DNA of 64,000 bases, taken from an uncultured delta proteobacterium (lineage in GTDB: Bacteria; Desulfobacterota; Binatia; UBA9968). The notes beneath the pieces were generated by a model. The model did no database searches. It saw only the letters and a list, made by a program, of their open reading frames with translations, and was not told the origin of the DNA. This document shows positions 25,497-35,912 of the stretch, piece by piece. Each line of letters starts with the position of its first letter. Positions within the stretch are counted from its first letter, which is position 1. The DNA is taken from assembly GCA_963760795.1 (NCBI GenBank), contig CAVXEP010000029.1:288001-352000 (forward strand). The letters are read 5' to 3'. A program made the translations under genes and the position numbers.

Positions 25497-28308
25497 GTGC
25501 TCAATGAATTTCTGCGCCAGCGCTTTGGCACCCTTTCGCTGCGCGCGCATCTGTTTGCGTTAGTAATGGTGTCAATGGTGCCGTTTCTGATCTTTGCGTT
25601 TTTGGTGCTGAATCTTTTCGCGAGCCGGGAGAAAGCATCGCTGGCGACCGGCTTGCGCGAAACGACGCGCGCGCTGTCCTCCGCTTTGGATCGCGAATTC
25701 GAAGCGACCAAAACTCCCCTCGAGTTGTTGGGCACTCTGGAGGATTTCGATAGCGGCGATATCGGCCAGATCCACCGCAAGCTGCGGCGCGTCTTACAGA
25801 GCCGTCCCACTTGGCGCACCCTCGCGCTTCACGACCCGTCCGGCCAGCAAATTTTGAATCTGCTCAATCCATTGGGTGAATCCCTGCCGGGGACCGACTT
25901 TGAGCAGGAGAGTTTCCGGGCCACGATAATCACTAAGCAATCCATGCCGATGAATTTTCATCGCCATCCGACTGCCGGTCCCATGGTTGGATATCGCGTG
26001 CCCGTGCTGCGCGCCGGCGAATTGCGCTATGTGCTCTCGGTGGAAATTGCCCCGGCGGTGTACGGCGAAATTCTTGCGCGCCAGAAATTGCCGGCCCAGG
26101 CCGTCGCGACCGTTGTCGATGGGCGCAATACTATCGTCGGCACTACCGAACGCCAGGAACTGGTCGGTCAGCTCGCGGGACCGCTGGTGCGCCGCGCTAC
26201 GCCGGGCCAGCTCGATGGCTGGTTCGAAGGGCCCAACCGAGACGGCGTGCCCTCCTACGCGGCAGTCAGCCGTTTACCGACCAATGGCTGGGCGATCGCG
26301 CTGGCGATTCCCGCCGCCCACCTCGAGGAGCCACTAACGCGTTCGTTGGGTGCCTTGCTGGGTGCGGGGGCGGTCTTTCTAGTCGTCGGCATCCTGCTCG
26401 CGGTGATCGTCGAAGCGCGGATTAGCGAACCGCTCGATGAATTGACGCGCCAGGCCGGTGCGCTCGGGCGCGGCGAAACGGTCGAAATGGAGCGGCCATT
26501 CTCGGGTGACTGAGGTGGAGAATCTCAGGCGTGATATCGGCCGAACCGCCGGTCTGCTTGAGCAACGCGGCCAGGAGCGCGATCGCGCGGCAGCGGCGTT
26601 GCGCGAGTTAAACGATCGCTTGGAGCTTCGCATCCTCGAGCGCACCGAAGAGTTGGAAGAAGCCAACAGCGAGCTCAGAAGAGAAATCCGCGAGCGTCAA
26701 CTAGCCGAAGCGGCGCTGCGCGCCGAGCATGTCTATTTAAATCTCCTGCGCAGCACCGAGCAGGTAATCCATGAGGCGGCGAGTATAGGGGGCGCCTTGG
26801 ATGCAGGCCTCGAGCAAATCTGCGGCCATTTGGGAGCACCGGTTGGATACTGTTCGATGTTAGCTGCGTCCCAGCAGGAGCGACGCGCTTCGCTCTGGTA
26901 TGTCGAAGCAAACCGGGAACGCTTTGCCGCACTGCAACTTGCGCTTGACCAGGCCGTTGCCGACGGCAGTGACCCGGCCAGCCTGGCGTTAGCGGGCCGT
27001 GGACCAGATTGCTTGAAGGATCTAGCCGCGCATCCTGCGACCTGGGCGCGCGCGGCGACCGATGCAGGACTGGTATCGGCCTGCGTTTTTGCCGTTTCCG
27101 GCGGCGGCGAGCCGGCCGGCGCTCTGGCTTTTTTTTTCGACCGCGCGACGGATTTAGATCAGCGGCTCTCGACATTATTAGCGCAGTTGGCGATGCAACT
27201 AGGCCGGGCCGTCGAACGCCAGCAAGCCGATGAGGCGCTGCGGCTAAGCGAAGAGCGCTTTCGTTCGGCCTTTGACGAAGGGCCGATCGGCATCGGCATG
27301 GTCGATCTCGAAATGCGCTATTTGCGCGTCAACCAAGTGCTTTGCGCGATGCTCGGATTGCGCGACGAAGAATTATTGGGGCACAAGTTTTTCGCCAACG
27401 TGCATCCCAGGGATCTCAATGATATTCGGCGCCATGCCGAACGATTACTGCGTGGAGAGACAACCGGTTATCGCCACGAAACCCGGCTGATCGGGAATAA
27501 CGGCGAAGTGCTTTGGTGTTTCATCACCGCCACTCTGATCGCGGTGCGCAGCTCCATGCCCAATTATGCCCTCTACCTGATCGAAAATATTACCGAGCGG
27601 AAACGCATCGAGGAAAAATTGCGCGAGAGCGAACGGCTCGTCGCGGTGGGCGCCACCGCGGCCATGTTTGCCCATGAAGTGGGTAATCCCCTCAACGGCA
27701 TTTCCACCACCGTGCAGATGATCGAGCGCGACCTGGCGCGCATGCAAAACGGGGTTAAACCCTCGGTGTTCTCGGCCCTGGGCGATATCAAGAGCGAGAT
27801 CACCCGTTTGGGCGCGTTGCTCCACGAATTTCGCTATTTAGCACGGCCGCAGCGCTTAGAAGAAAAACCGGTCCGCCTGGACAGTTTAATCGGCTCTGTG
27901 TTGATGCCGAATGCTTATAGCGAACGGGGTGTGATGCTTGAAATCGATGTTCCCGACGATCTTCCGGCCATCAGCGGTGACGAAGAACGGCTTAAACAGG
28001 TGGTGGCGAATCTTGCCGACAATGCCGTCGACGCTATGCCCGAGGGCGGCACGCTGACGGTGCGCGCCTACCGCGACGGAAATGAGCTTTGCCTAGAGCT
28101 CGCCGATAACGGCATTGGCATCTCGCCGGGCGTGAATATTTTCGAGCTATTCACCACGACCAAATCCCACGGCACCGGGCTCGGCCTCGCCGTGGTGCGC
28201 CAAATCATATCCGCCCACGGTGGCCGGGTCGATTATCGCTCCGAGCCGGGAAACGGAACGATTTTTACCGTGAGACTGCCGCTCAGCAAATATGAAATTA
28301 CCAACTAA
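25497..28308 (+). CDS. Membrane sensor histidine kinase (Cache-HAMP-GAF-PAS-HisKA-HATPase); +1 frameshift at about 26500
   Basis: Two TM helices around a Cache-like domain. The HAMP (ISEPLDEL...SRVTEVENL) is split across frames. PAS, FAHEVGNPLNGI, NAVDAM, DNGIGI, GTGLGL. Confidence 0.87.
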
Positions 28309-28488
28309 AATTCATTCTCCGGTAAAAATTAGATCCCTATAATTGTCCCATTCCCGGTACAGCACCGAAGGGCCGGAATCGCAACTCCGGGACAGTACCG
28401 CGCCGCCACTGCGCGGCTTCGCGTCCGATTTTACGTTCCTGTCTAGGGAAAAGCTTCCTGTCGCGAATCGAAACCCCTTATAAATCAC

Positions 28489-28504
28489 TGGTCTCGGTTT
28501 TGCT
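28489..28504 (+). promoter_or_regulatory. Sigma-54 promoter with candidate upstream activator sites
   Basis: TGGTCTCGGTTTTGCT; TGTC-N10-TACA (28344-28361) and AATC-N10-GACA (28377-28394) lie 95-145 nt upstream. Confidence 0.6.
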
Positions 28505-28546
28505 GTCTCACGTGAGAACATTTTCCTCGCACCTTAAGGAGTGGTC

Positions 28547-29554
28547 ATGGTCATGGGCGACAAAAATACCTGGGGTATCGTCCTAGCGGCCGGTGAAGGC
28601 AGTCGGGCGCGGGAGTTTTTCTCCGCGCTGTGCGGCGGGCGAGGTATCAAACAATTTTGCTCGGTTTTAGGCAAACGCTCTTTGCTACAAATGACCTTGG
28701 ATCGTGTGCAGCAACTGATTCCACGCGAGCGCATACTTATCATTGTCGACAAACGCCACCGGCCGGAAGCGGCCGCCCAGCTCGCTGGCTGGCCAGCGGA
28801 GAACATTATCTATCAGCCAGCCAATCGCGAGACCGCTCCCGGCATCCTTTTGCCCCTGGCGCATGTCAGCCATCGCTGCCCGGACGCGACCGTGGCAATT
28901 TTTCCATCGGACCATTTCATCTCTAACGAGCGCGGCTTTATGTCCCATGTGGGGAAAGCCGTTGAGGAAACCGAAATGTTCCCGGCCAGCGCGGTTTTGC
29001 TGGGCATGACACCGGATCGGATGGAAGAGGGCTACGGCTGGATTACTAGTCGGAAGGACCGCAAAGATAAATGCAGCCGCGCGGTGCGCGAATTTTGGGA
29101 AAAACCCGCGCTGCGCCATGCTGAGAAATTGATGCAAGACGGCGCGCTATGGAACACTTTTGTGTTTGCCGCGCGCGCGGCAACGCTGTGGGAGATGACG
29201 CGTCAAACCGTCCCGGAACTTTACGGAGCATTCACCGGTGTCCGGATCATGCTAGGGACAAAGCATGCGCAAAAATATATCGATCAAACCTATCAGCGCC
29301 TGTGCGCGGTCAATTTCAGCTCGGAGATTCTCGCCCGATGTGCGGCGCGCTTGCGGGTGCTCCCCGTGCCGGAGATCGGTTGGAGCGACTGGGGCAGCGT
29401 TGATAGAATCCTTGACTCAGTAATGCGCATGGGACGTGTCGCCGAGCTTGCTGCGCGCCTGCAGAAACATAGTGTCGGCGACCCGTCGATGGCAAATCTG
29501 CTTTCCCGTTATCAAACGTATCGGGAACAGGTGGCGTATGAAGCGCAGTTGTAG
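28547..29554 (+). CDS. Sugar-phosphate nucleotidyltransferase (mannose-1-phosphate guanylyltransferase-like)
   Basis: VLAAGEGSR, KQFC, NRETAPGI, FPSDH, YGWI, FWEKP, LWNTF, GWSDWG; SD AAGGAG. Confidence 0.85.
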   Translation: MVMGDKNTWGIVLAAGEGSRAREFFSALCGGRGIKQFCSVLGKRSLLQMTLDRVQQLIPRERILIIVDKRHRPEAAAQLAGWPAENIIYQPANRETAPGILLPLAHVSHRCPDATVAIFPSDHFISNERGFMSHVGKAVEETEMFPASAVLLGMTPDRMEEGYGWITSRKDRKDKCSRAVREFWEKPALRHAEKLMQDGALWNTFVFAARAATLWEMTRQTVPELYGAFTGVRIMLGTKHAQKYIDQTYQRLCAVNFSSEILARCAARLRVLPVPEIGWSDWGSVDRILDSVMRMGRVAELAARLQKHSVGDPSMANLLSRYQTYREQVAYEAQL

Positions 29555-29819
29555 CATTGACCGGGCCCCGCGCCAAAAAAGCGGCCGGCACTGAGATTAA
29601 AGGGCTTCATTGTTATGTCTGGTTTGCCTGCCCCGTCGCCGGTTCCCCGGCTAAATTAGATCCCCACGTCGCGCTCGAAATCAGCAGTTTTTTTACCCTT
29701 ACAAGGTGATCATTGTCCACTGGAAAATTCATCCTCTAAGTAAAGGCCGGCAACGGCTCGATCAGTAGATTGCGCCAGGCGATGCAGATACCGGCTAAAA
29801 ATGCGCGTAACAGTAAATT

Positions 29820-30507
29820 TTACTTTCTCAACGCGGCAATGCGGTCTTCGGTTGCCGGATGGCTTGACAGAGAAACCGCCACCCCCGCCCCCGCTTTTTT
29901 CCTGGCTGAGAATCCATTGGAGAGTTCGTTCCATGGTTTGGGGCGGGAACCCGGCGCGTACTAACAGTTCCATGCCGTGGCGATCCGCGGCGAATTCTTC
30001 TTGGCGGCTGTACTTCCTGGCAATCAGAGTGCCGGCGATCGGTGTGACCGCACTACTGCCGGGAATCAATTGCTCCAACAGAACTACGCCAATATTCAAT
30101 CCGGCGCCGAGGACCTGCGCTTTTGCCACATGGCCGAGATCGTCATGGGCGATTTCGTGTGCTAGCACGCCGCGCAATTGCTCGTCGCTGGCTTTTTGCA
30201 GTAATCCGGTCGTAACGTAAAATTCCCCGCCGCCGGCATTAGCCGCATTGATGCTCGGATCATCAATCAATCCGATGCGCACCTGGCTCGCCGAGTTGCG
30301 TTTATCTGTCGCCTGTACGAGCGGCACCATTGTCCGTTTCAGTCGATCGGCTTGGCGGCCATCGATGGGCACCGTACGAACGTTAGACTGCGACTGCGCC
30401 CCAGAACCGCCGCCGCCCGAACCGGTGACAAGCTCGGCGCACCCGTTGAGGAGCAAGAACGTCAGAACAATCCCCATCGCTGTATTCATGATAAATTTCG
30501 GCTTCAT
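29820..30507 (-). CDS. M48 family metallopeptidase lipoprotein; +1 frameshift at about 29871
   Basis: Lipobox LNGC, INAANAGGG, LAHEIAH, YSRQEEFAAD. Removing one T gives the canonical GGFLSSHPATEDRIAALRK-stop. Confidence 0.85.
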
Positions 30508-30532
30508 TTGCGCTCTCAGTAGGAGCGAGAGG

Positions 30533-30548
30533 AGCAAAAGAAATGCCA
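30533..30548 (-). promoter_or_regulatory. Sigma-54 promoter
   Basis: TGGCATTTCTTTTGCT. It overlaps the ORF-track start at 30549, so the real start is at 30507 or later. Confidence 0.7.
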
Positions 30549-30754
30549 TCTTGGTGAAGTAGAGAAATCAAAAGACTCATCAAATGAACTCACATCCCAC
30601 TGCCGCAATGTCCTATAAACGAGAGCATTGTATTGAAACAATTGCGGGAGTGGGACGTTGTCAGATGAGACTCACCCGGGAGCAGCGCGATAAATTTGTT
30701 GGTCCGCCGTTTGCTGGACTCAGTCTCCAAGCAAATATAAGGGGAATAAAATTT

Positions 30755-31372
30755 ATGCATGCTCAATCCTATCGCCCGAAGAAATTCAATATCGCTGGAC
30801 TCAAGGGAATTTCCGATCAGACTGTTGAAATGCACCTGAAGCTCTACGACGGCTACGTCAAAAATACCAATCTCATAACTGAGCAGTTGGCGGAAATGGT
30901 GCGCTCGAAAAAAGCGGCGGCGACAAACCCTGCATATGCCGAACTTAAGCGCCATCTCGGTTTTGAATATGGCGGCATGGTGCTGCACGAGTATTACTTC
31001 GGCAATCTTGCGACCGACGGCGGCACGCCGACGGATGATTTTAAGAGCGCAGTCGAGGAGTGTTTCGGCAGCTTTGAGAACTGGAAGACGGATTTCGTCG
31101 GCGTCGGCAATATGCGCGGGGTGGGTTGGGCGATCCTTTACCAAGATCCGGTAACTGAGCAGCTTTCCAATCATTGGATCGAACTTCATCAGCAAGGCGT
31201 GCCCTCTGGGTTCAAGCCGATTGTAGTCATGGATGTCTGGGAACATGCCTTCCTGCTCGACTATAAGCCCGCCGAGCGTGACAAATATATCGAAGCGTTC
31301 TTCGCTAATATCGATTGGCGCACGATCGACGCCAATCTGACGAGCGCGGCCGCGACGCGCCCCGTGGGTTAA
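30755..31372 (+). CDS. Fe/Mn superoxide dismutase family protein
   Basis: EMHLKLYDGYV, LHEYYFGNL, GVGWA and MDVWEHAF supply the His, His, Asp, His metal ligands. Confidence 0.9.
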   Translation: MHAQSYRPKKFNIAGLKGISDQTVEMHLKLYDGYVKNTNLITEQLAEMVRSKKAAATNPAYAELKRHLGFEYGGMVLHEYYFGNLATDGGTPTDDFKSAVEECFGSFENWKTDFVGVGNMRGVGWAILYQDPVTEQLSNHWIELHQQGVPSGFKPIVVMDVWEHAFLLDYKPAERDKYIEAFFANIDWRTIDANLTSAAATRPVG

Positions 31373-31709
31373 CATTAATCACGCCCGGCAAAGTCAACGG
31401 CCTTGAAGTCAATCACATCACCAGACTTTACCAGCCCTTCGGCGCTATCGAGGGCTCACGCCAAGACCCGCGCTTTCTCCGACAGGGCAATCCATGAAAG
31501 TTTTACCCCGCATGTGAAAACCATGGCGGGTTATCGGCGCGCGGTAAGGTACCTGGCTGGGTCGAGATTTAATTGTAAAAGAGAATCCATTGTTCGTCGC
31601 CGCGAATCCGAAAACAGCTCGTGTCTCAATAACAAAACACTCACTTAAGATAAATCCTATTTTTAGCACATTCAGCGAAGCCGGCTTTGGCCGATTGATG
31701 AGTTGGCTG

Positions 31710-31725
31710 CGGCACACTGTTTGCT
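31710..31725 (+). promoter_or_regulatory. Sigma-54 promoter
   Basis: CGGCACACTGTTTGCT; a TGTC-N10-AACA site lies upstream at 31622-31639. Confidence 0.65.
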
Positions 31726-31737
31726 GTTCCAATAAAC

Positions 31738-31917
31738 ATGGAATTTGTATGTCGGCATTGTAATGAACTTTGTGACGACGAGGCATACCGAGTAGTCAGC
31801 ATCGAAAACGACGTAGTCTTGCTGAACATGATCGTCTGTTACCGATGTGCAATGGTGGCTCGCGACTTAAATCTGCCGACGCAGAAAATCGACATCCCTT
31901 CCCACCCAGTAACCTAA
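31738..31917 (+). CDS. Small Zn-ribbon-like protein (59 aa), probably leaderless
   Basis: Translated by hand: MEFVCRHCNELCDDEAYRVVSIENDVVLLNMIVCYRCAMVARDLNLPTQKIDIPSHPVT, with two CxxC pairs. The ATG sits about 2 nt after the predicted sigma-54 TSS. Confidence 0.7.
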   Translation: MEFVCRHCNELCDDEAYRVVSIENDVVLLNMIVCYRCAMVARDLNLPTQKIDIPSHPVT

Positions 31918-31994
31918 CGCAAGGCGATTTTAGAACGCAGCGAGCGACAAAACCAACGTCGTGGTTCACTCGCTTCGCTAAAGCGACACAAATA

Positions 31995-32648
31995 ATGGGG
32001 TTCGTCGCCATGTCCATTCTGGCTTGTATTCTCGCACAGGCAGTGGCGCCACTAGGTGCAACGCGCGCTCACGAGGGTGAGCCGGCGCAGGCGGCGACTC
32101 AAAAATATGTCGATGCCGAAACCGCACAACGGCTTTTCCGAATTATGACGCCACTGCTGGGCGCGATGGAGCATTCGCTTGGCCCTCATCAGGTGAGCAT
32201 AGGTATCGTTGCCGACGACGCTATCAACGCCGCGAATGGCGGCGGCGGCAAGTTTCTCGTTACCACTGGTTTATTGGATCGCGCTAATGACGAACAGTTG
32301 CGCGGTGTGATGGCGCACGAAATTGCCCACGAAGATCTTGGTCATGTCACTAAGCTCAAGACATCGGCAACTGGCGCGAACATGGTCTTGCTCGAACAGT
32401 TGGCGGCGGAAAGCAGCGCGTTAACACTGATTGAAGGACCGCTGATAACTTTGAGTTTCACCCGCTCCGAGGATTTCCACGCCGACCAGCAAAGTGTCGC
32501 AATCCTGAAGCGCGCGGGGCATCCAAAAGAAGTGGTTATCGAGGCCCTAAGCTGGATAGCAAAAAATTCGGCGAAAGCCGGTGGATTTGTTGCTACGCAT
32601 TTGGATATCGGCGAACGCATCAAAATCCTGCAGGCGATGCCGAGATAA
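31995..32648 (+). CDS. M48 family metallopeptidase, paralog of 29820-30507 (start uncertain)
   Basis: INAANGGGGKFLVTTGLL...DEQLRGVMAHEIAHEDLGHV is nearly identical to the paralog; the third ligand region reads RSEDFHAD. Confidence 0.75.
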   Translation: MGFVAMSILACILAQAVAPLGATRAHEGEPAQAATQKYVDAETAQRLFRIMTPLLGAMEHSLGPHQVSIGIVADDAINAANGGGGKFLVTTGLLDRANDEQLRGVMAHEIAHEDLGHVTKLKTSATGANMVLLEQLAAESSALTLIEGPLITLSFTRSEDFHADQQSVAILKRAGHPKEVVIEALSWIAKNSAKAGGFVATHLDIGERIKILQAMPR

Positions 32649-32681
32649 AAAGCGGGATAATCATGACTAGGGAGGCATATT

Positions 32682-33006
32682 ATGAAATCGGTCAGTGGTA
32701 AAATACTGGCACCGTGATCGAGAGCGCAGCGCCAATCTGATCCGAGTGCAACAAAGCCGCCGTGATCGCGATCTGGCGCGAACGGGATCCGATATCAAAA
32801 GAATCGAAGGCACGGTGGAGCGGATCGATTCGCGCGATTTGTTTGAATTGCGCGAACGCTCGGGGGCAAAGATCATCGTCTCACTCCCGCCGAATGCGCG
32901 TCAATCGGTTGTCGCTAACGTCGAGCGCCTGCGCCGCGGCGATCACGTGTTAGGCGAAGGCCGGTATGTCAGCCGAGAGCGCTTCGAGTTGGAGAGTTTG
33001 CTCTAG
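32682..33006 (+). pseudogene. Probable disrupted or internally deleted gene with an OB-fold-like C-terminus
   Basis: SD GGGAGG with ATG 32682 stops after 11 codons. The +1 frame encodes IEGTVERID...FELRERSG...VERLRRGDHVLGEGRYVSRERFELE. Confidence 0.45.
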
Positions 33007-33123
33007 GCAGTACGACAAGGAGATCGGCATCGGAACGGTTTCGCTTGTCGACGAGCGTACTCTCATCACCGGCCGATTCCGAAAGTTGCATAAAATCTCG
33101 GACCTTCTAGGTAAGGAGAAAAC

Positions 33124-33201
33124 ATGGCCGAGCTCACTGCTTGGTTCGTCGCTGTGCCGATATCATTAATCGCTTTGTTTCGGGTTTTTGGAGTCATCTA
33201 A
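33124..33201 (+). CDS. Candidate 25-aa single-helix membrane peptide
   Basis: SD TAAGGAG 5 nt before the ATG; MAELTAWFVAVPISLIALFRVFGVI. Confidence 0.45.
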   Translation: MAELTAWFVAVPISLIALFRVFGVI

Positions 33202-33618
33202 AAACACCTTTGCACGGAGCGAGTGAGAGAGTTCCAGCTCGCAGGGCGAATGCAGTCGAACCTCAGGAGCATTCCTAATGCGCTGCGGCAGTTCGCGCGA
33301 CGTTCAATATTTGCTTAACCTTGTGCTGAAGCTATGCAACAGAGCAAAACGCATAACATTTCTCCACGCTCAAAAAACCTGCGACTGAAATCATCATAGC
33401 TGATGGCGGTCCAGCGAGATCGAAAGCGAGGGCGCAGGGACTGAGGTTCAAGATTCGAACATCCATCGATGAAAACTTTACACTTTCAAGCCCGCCAGCA
33501 GAGCGCTGTACGGAAAATTCCTTCTTAGCGGAATTTTTCCTCTCGCCGGTTCCTCTGCCATCGATCTTCAGCGGAGTGTTATCCTTTACGTTACGCAATT
33601 TCTCGTGCACATCACCGC

Positions 33619-33634
33619 TGGCATTCCGATTGCG
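33619..33634 (+). promoter_or_regulatory. Sigma-54 promoter
   Basis: TGGCATTCCGATTGCG, 39 nt before the ATG. Confidence 0.7.
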
Positions 33635-33673
33635 AATGAAACGATGCAGCGCAGTAATAAGGAGGTTCCAGAT

Positions 33674-33898
33674 ATGAAGACATTATTAGTTCTGTTGTTG
33701 ACGGCGGTGGTGACCCAATCGGGTTGCGCCTTTCTTGGCGGCGCGGCTACTGGTGTGCTCGCGACCGGAGCGGGGTATGAGATCCAGGCGAAGCGGCAAA
33801 TGGACAAACTAGACGAGGAATTTAGGGCTGAAAGGATATCGCGGCGCGAGTATGAGCAGCGCAAGCAGCAGATCGAGAGCGGTTCGATCATTTACTAA
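33674..33898 (+). CDS. Small lipoprotein (74 aa) with glycine zipper and SHOCT-like tail
   Basis: SD AAGGAGG; MKTLLVLLL...QSGC; GGAATGVLATGAG; ISRREYEQRKQQI. Confidence 0.85.
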   Translation: MKTLLVLLLTAVVTQSGCAFLGGAATGVLATGAGYEIQAKRQMDKLDEEFRAERISRREYEQRKQQIESGSIIY

Positions 33899-33952
33899 AA
33901 ATGGCAAACGGCGGATGACTCGATTACGCGATAAAAAAGAATCGGTGAATCT

Positions 33953-34123
33953 ATGTTAAGCTATGCGCTGACTTTTTTAATCATCGGCCTGATCGCCGGG
34001 CTTGTTGGTCTGGCGGGAGTGGCTGCCGTGGCGACTCAGGTCGGCTGGATTTTGTTTGTGGTCGGCCTTGTCCTGCTGATCCTACATGCGGCTGTTCGTG
34101 GACGTGTGCCGCCAGCCACTTAG
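33953..34123 (+). CDS. DUF1328 (UPF0391) small membrane protein (56 aa)
   Basis: Translated by hand: MLSYALTFLIIGLIAGLVGLAGVAAVATQVGWILFVVGLVLLILHAAVRGRVPPAT. Confidence 0.85.
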   Translation: MLSYALTFLIIGLIAGLVGLAGVAAVATQVGWILFVVGLVLLILHAAVRGRVPPAT

Positions 34124-34430
34124 GCGCGAATTCCTCCGGTAGACGGACAATAAGGCGGCCCACTTCGAAATCCGCCAAGGTATCAATTGCCAGTATCCTT
34201 GCGCTCATACGGCTCTCGGTTCTTGGGGCGGATTAATTTAAAAAAGGCCCCGCTGGTCTCGAATTCGGACTTGAGCGTGAACTTGAGAACGATCATTCAG
34301 GAGTTCGAGCCCCGCGATTTTAGGTGTCTCAAAACCCTTTGCGGCAGCGGCAAAATTTTTCGTGCGTTTACGGAGTCAAAGTCATACATCACTCTTAACC
34401 CGCGCAGAACGTAATAAGGTTTGTTTATTG

Positions 34431-35879
34431 ATGAATACAGCAACTGCGAGTGCGGCTGAGCCGGAGTCGATTAGCGAAGATGGCGCAGCGGGAAAAATCC
34501 TGATCGTCGATGATGATCGAAATCTCGTCGAGCTGGTTAAGATGAGACTTCAGGCGGCGAAGTACGAAGTTGTCGCCGCGTTGGACGAAGGGCAAGCGCG
34601 CGCAGCGATCAACGATCATGACTTCGATTTGTCCATCGTCGATCTGAAATTGTCGAATACCAGCGGACTGTCTCTGATGGAGGAATTTCATGGACTGCGC
34701 CCTGAGATGCCGGTAATTATTCTCACGGGATTCGGCAGTATCGAAAATGCCGTCGATGCGATAAAGAAGGGCGCGTACGGTTACCTTACCAAACCTTTCG
34801 ATGGACATGAATTGCTCGTACAAATCAGCTGCGCCTTGGAAACCCGCCGGCTGACGGTGGAGAACCGCCGACTCAAGGGGCTCTTACAGGAGCATTTCGG
34901 CTTTGACAACATTGTCACGCGTAGCGAGAATATGCACCGCGTGCTGGAAACCGTCGCACGAGTGGCAAAAACTGACTCCACTGTTTATATCCATGGACAA
35001 AGCGGCACGGGCAAGGAACTGATCGCCAAAGCGATTCACCTGGAGAGTGTGCGCAAGGACAAACCGTTCGTGGCGATCAACTGTGCCGCCCTGCCCGAGA
35101 CCTTGTTAGAAAGCGAATTGTTCGGCCACGAAAAGGGCTCATTTACCGGCGCCGTGCGCAGCACCAAAGGTTTGTTCAGCCAGGCTCATGAGGGAACGAT
35201 TTTTTTAGATGAAATCGGCGAAATGCCGCTGTCCATCCAAGCAAAACTATTGCGCGTTCTTGAGACGCGGCTTTTTTATCCGATCGGCAGCGATAAGCCG
35301 GTTAAAGTCAATGTCCGGGTGGTGGTGGCAACTAACAAAGATTTGGCGGAGGAAGTTAAGAAGGGGACATTTCGTGAAGATCTATTCTATCGGATTCATG
35401 TGATTCCGATTCGCCTGCCGCCGCTGAAGGAGCGCAAAGAAGATATCCCCTGTTTGATCGACCATTTTTTGAAACGCATTTGCTACCGGAGTAAGAAACC
35501 GGTGAAGACCATAACCCCGCAGGCCCTGCAACGGTTGATGCTCCATGATTGGCCGGGCAACGTGCGCGAGTTGGAAAATACCATTGAATACGGCGTCGTA
35601 ATGGCTCCCGGCGATGTCGTCGGAGAAGATCTTATGCTAGCGGGACAGACGCTCAAAAATGAGGCTGCGCTTCATCGCTCGGAAAGCGAAGCGGCGCCTA
35701 AAAACCTGAAAGAAGCGCGCGCCGCCTTTGAAAAGGCCTACCTGATCGACCTGCTCGAGCAGTGCGACGGTAAAGCCGCACGGGCCGCCGAGATCGCCGG
35801 CAAGTACCGCGCCGACTTCTACGACCTGTTAAAGAAGCACGGTATCAAAATACAAGACTATAAATTCGCCAAGCAGTAG
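34431..35879 (+). CDS. Sigma-54-dependent response regulator (REC-AAA+-HTH; NtrC/GlrR-like), copy 1
   Basis: REC; GQSGTGKE; ESELFGHEKGSFTGA; FLDEIGE; FREDLFYR; WPGNVRELEN; HTH AAEIAGKYRADFYDLL. Confidence 0.95.
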   Translation: MNTATASAAEPESISEDGAAGKILIVDDDRNLVELVKMRLQAAKYEVVAALDEGQARAAINDHDFDLSIVDLKLSNTSGLSLMEEFHGLRPEMPVIILTGFGSIENAVDAIKKGAYGYLTKPFDGHELLVQISCALETRRLTVENRRLKGLLQEHFGFDNIVTRSENMHRVLETVARVAKTDSTVYIHGQSGTGKELIAKAIHLESVRKDKPFVAINCAALPETLLESELFGHEKGSFTGAVRSTKGLFSQAHEGTIFLDEIGEMPLSIQAKLLRVLETRLFYPIGSDKPVKVNVRVVVATNKDLAEEVKKGTFREDLFYRIHVIPIRLPPLKERKEDIPCLIDHFLKRICYRSKKPVKTITPQALQRLMLHDWPGNVRELENTIEYGVVMAPGDVVGEDLMLAGQTLKNEAALHRSESEAAPKNLKEARAAFEKAYLIDLLEQCDGKAARAAEIAGKYRADFYDLLKKHGIKIQDYKFAKQ

Positions 35880-35912
35880 CAGCGTATCCCAATCACACCG
35901 ATGCGCGCGGAG

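Noticed and set aside
30590-31375. 261-aa ORF antisense to SOD
   Set aside because: It mirrors the SOD reading frame and has no motifs of its own.
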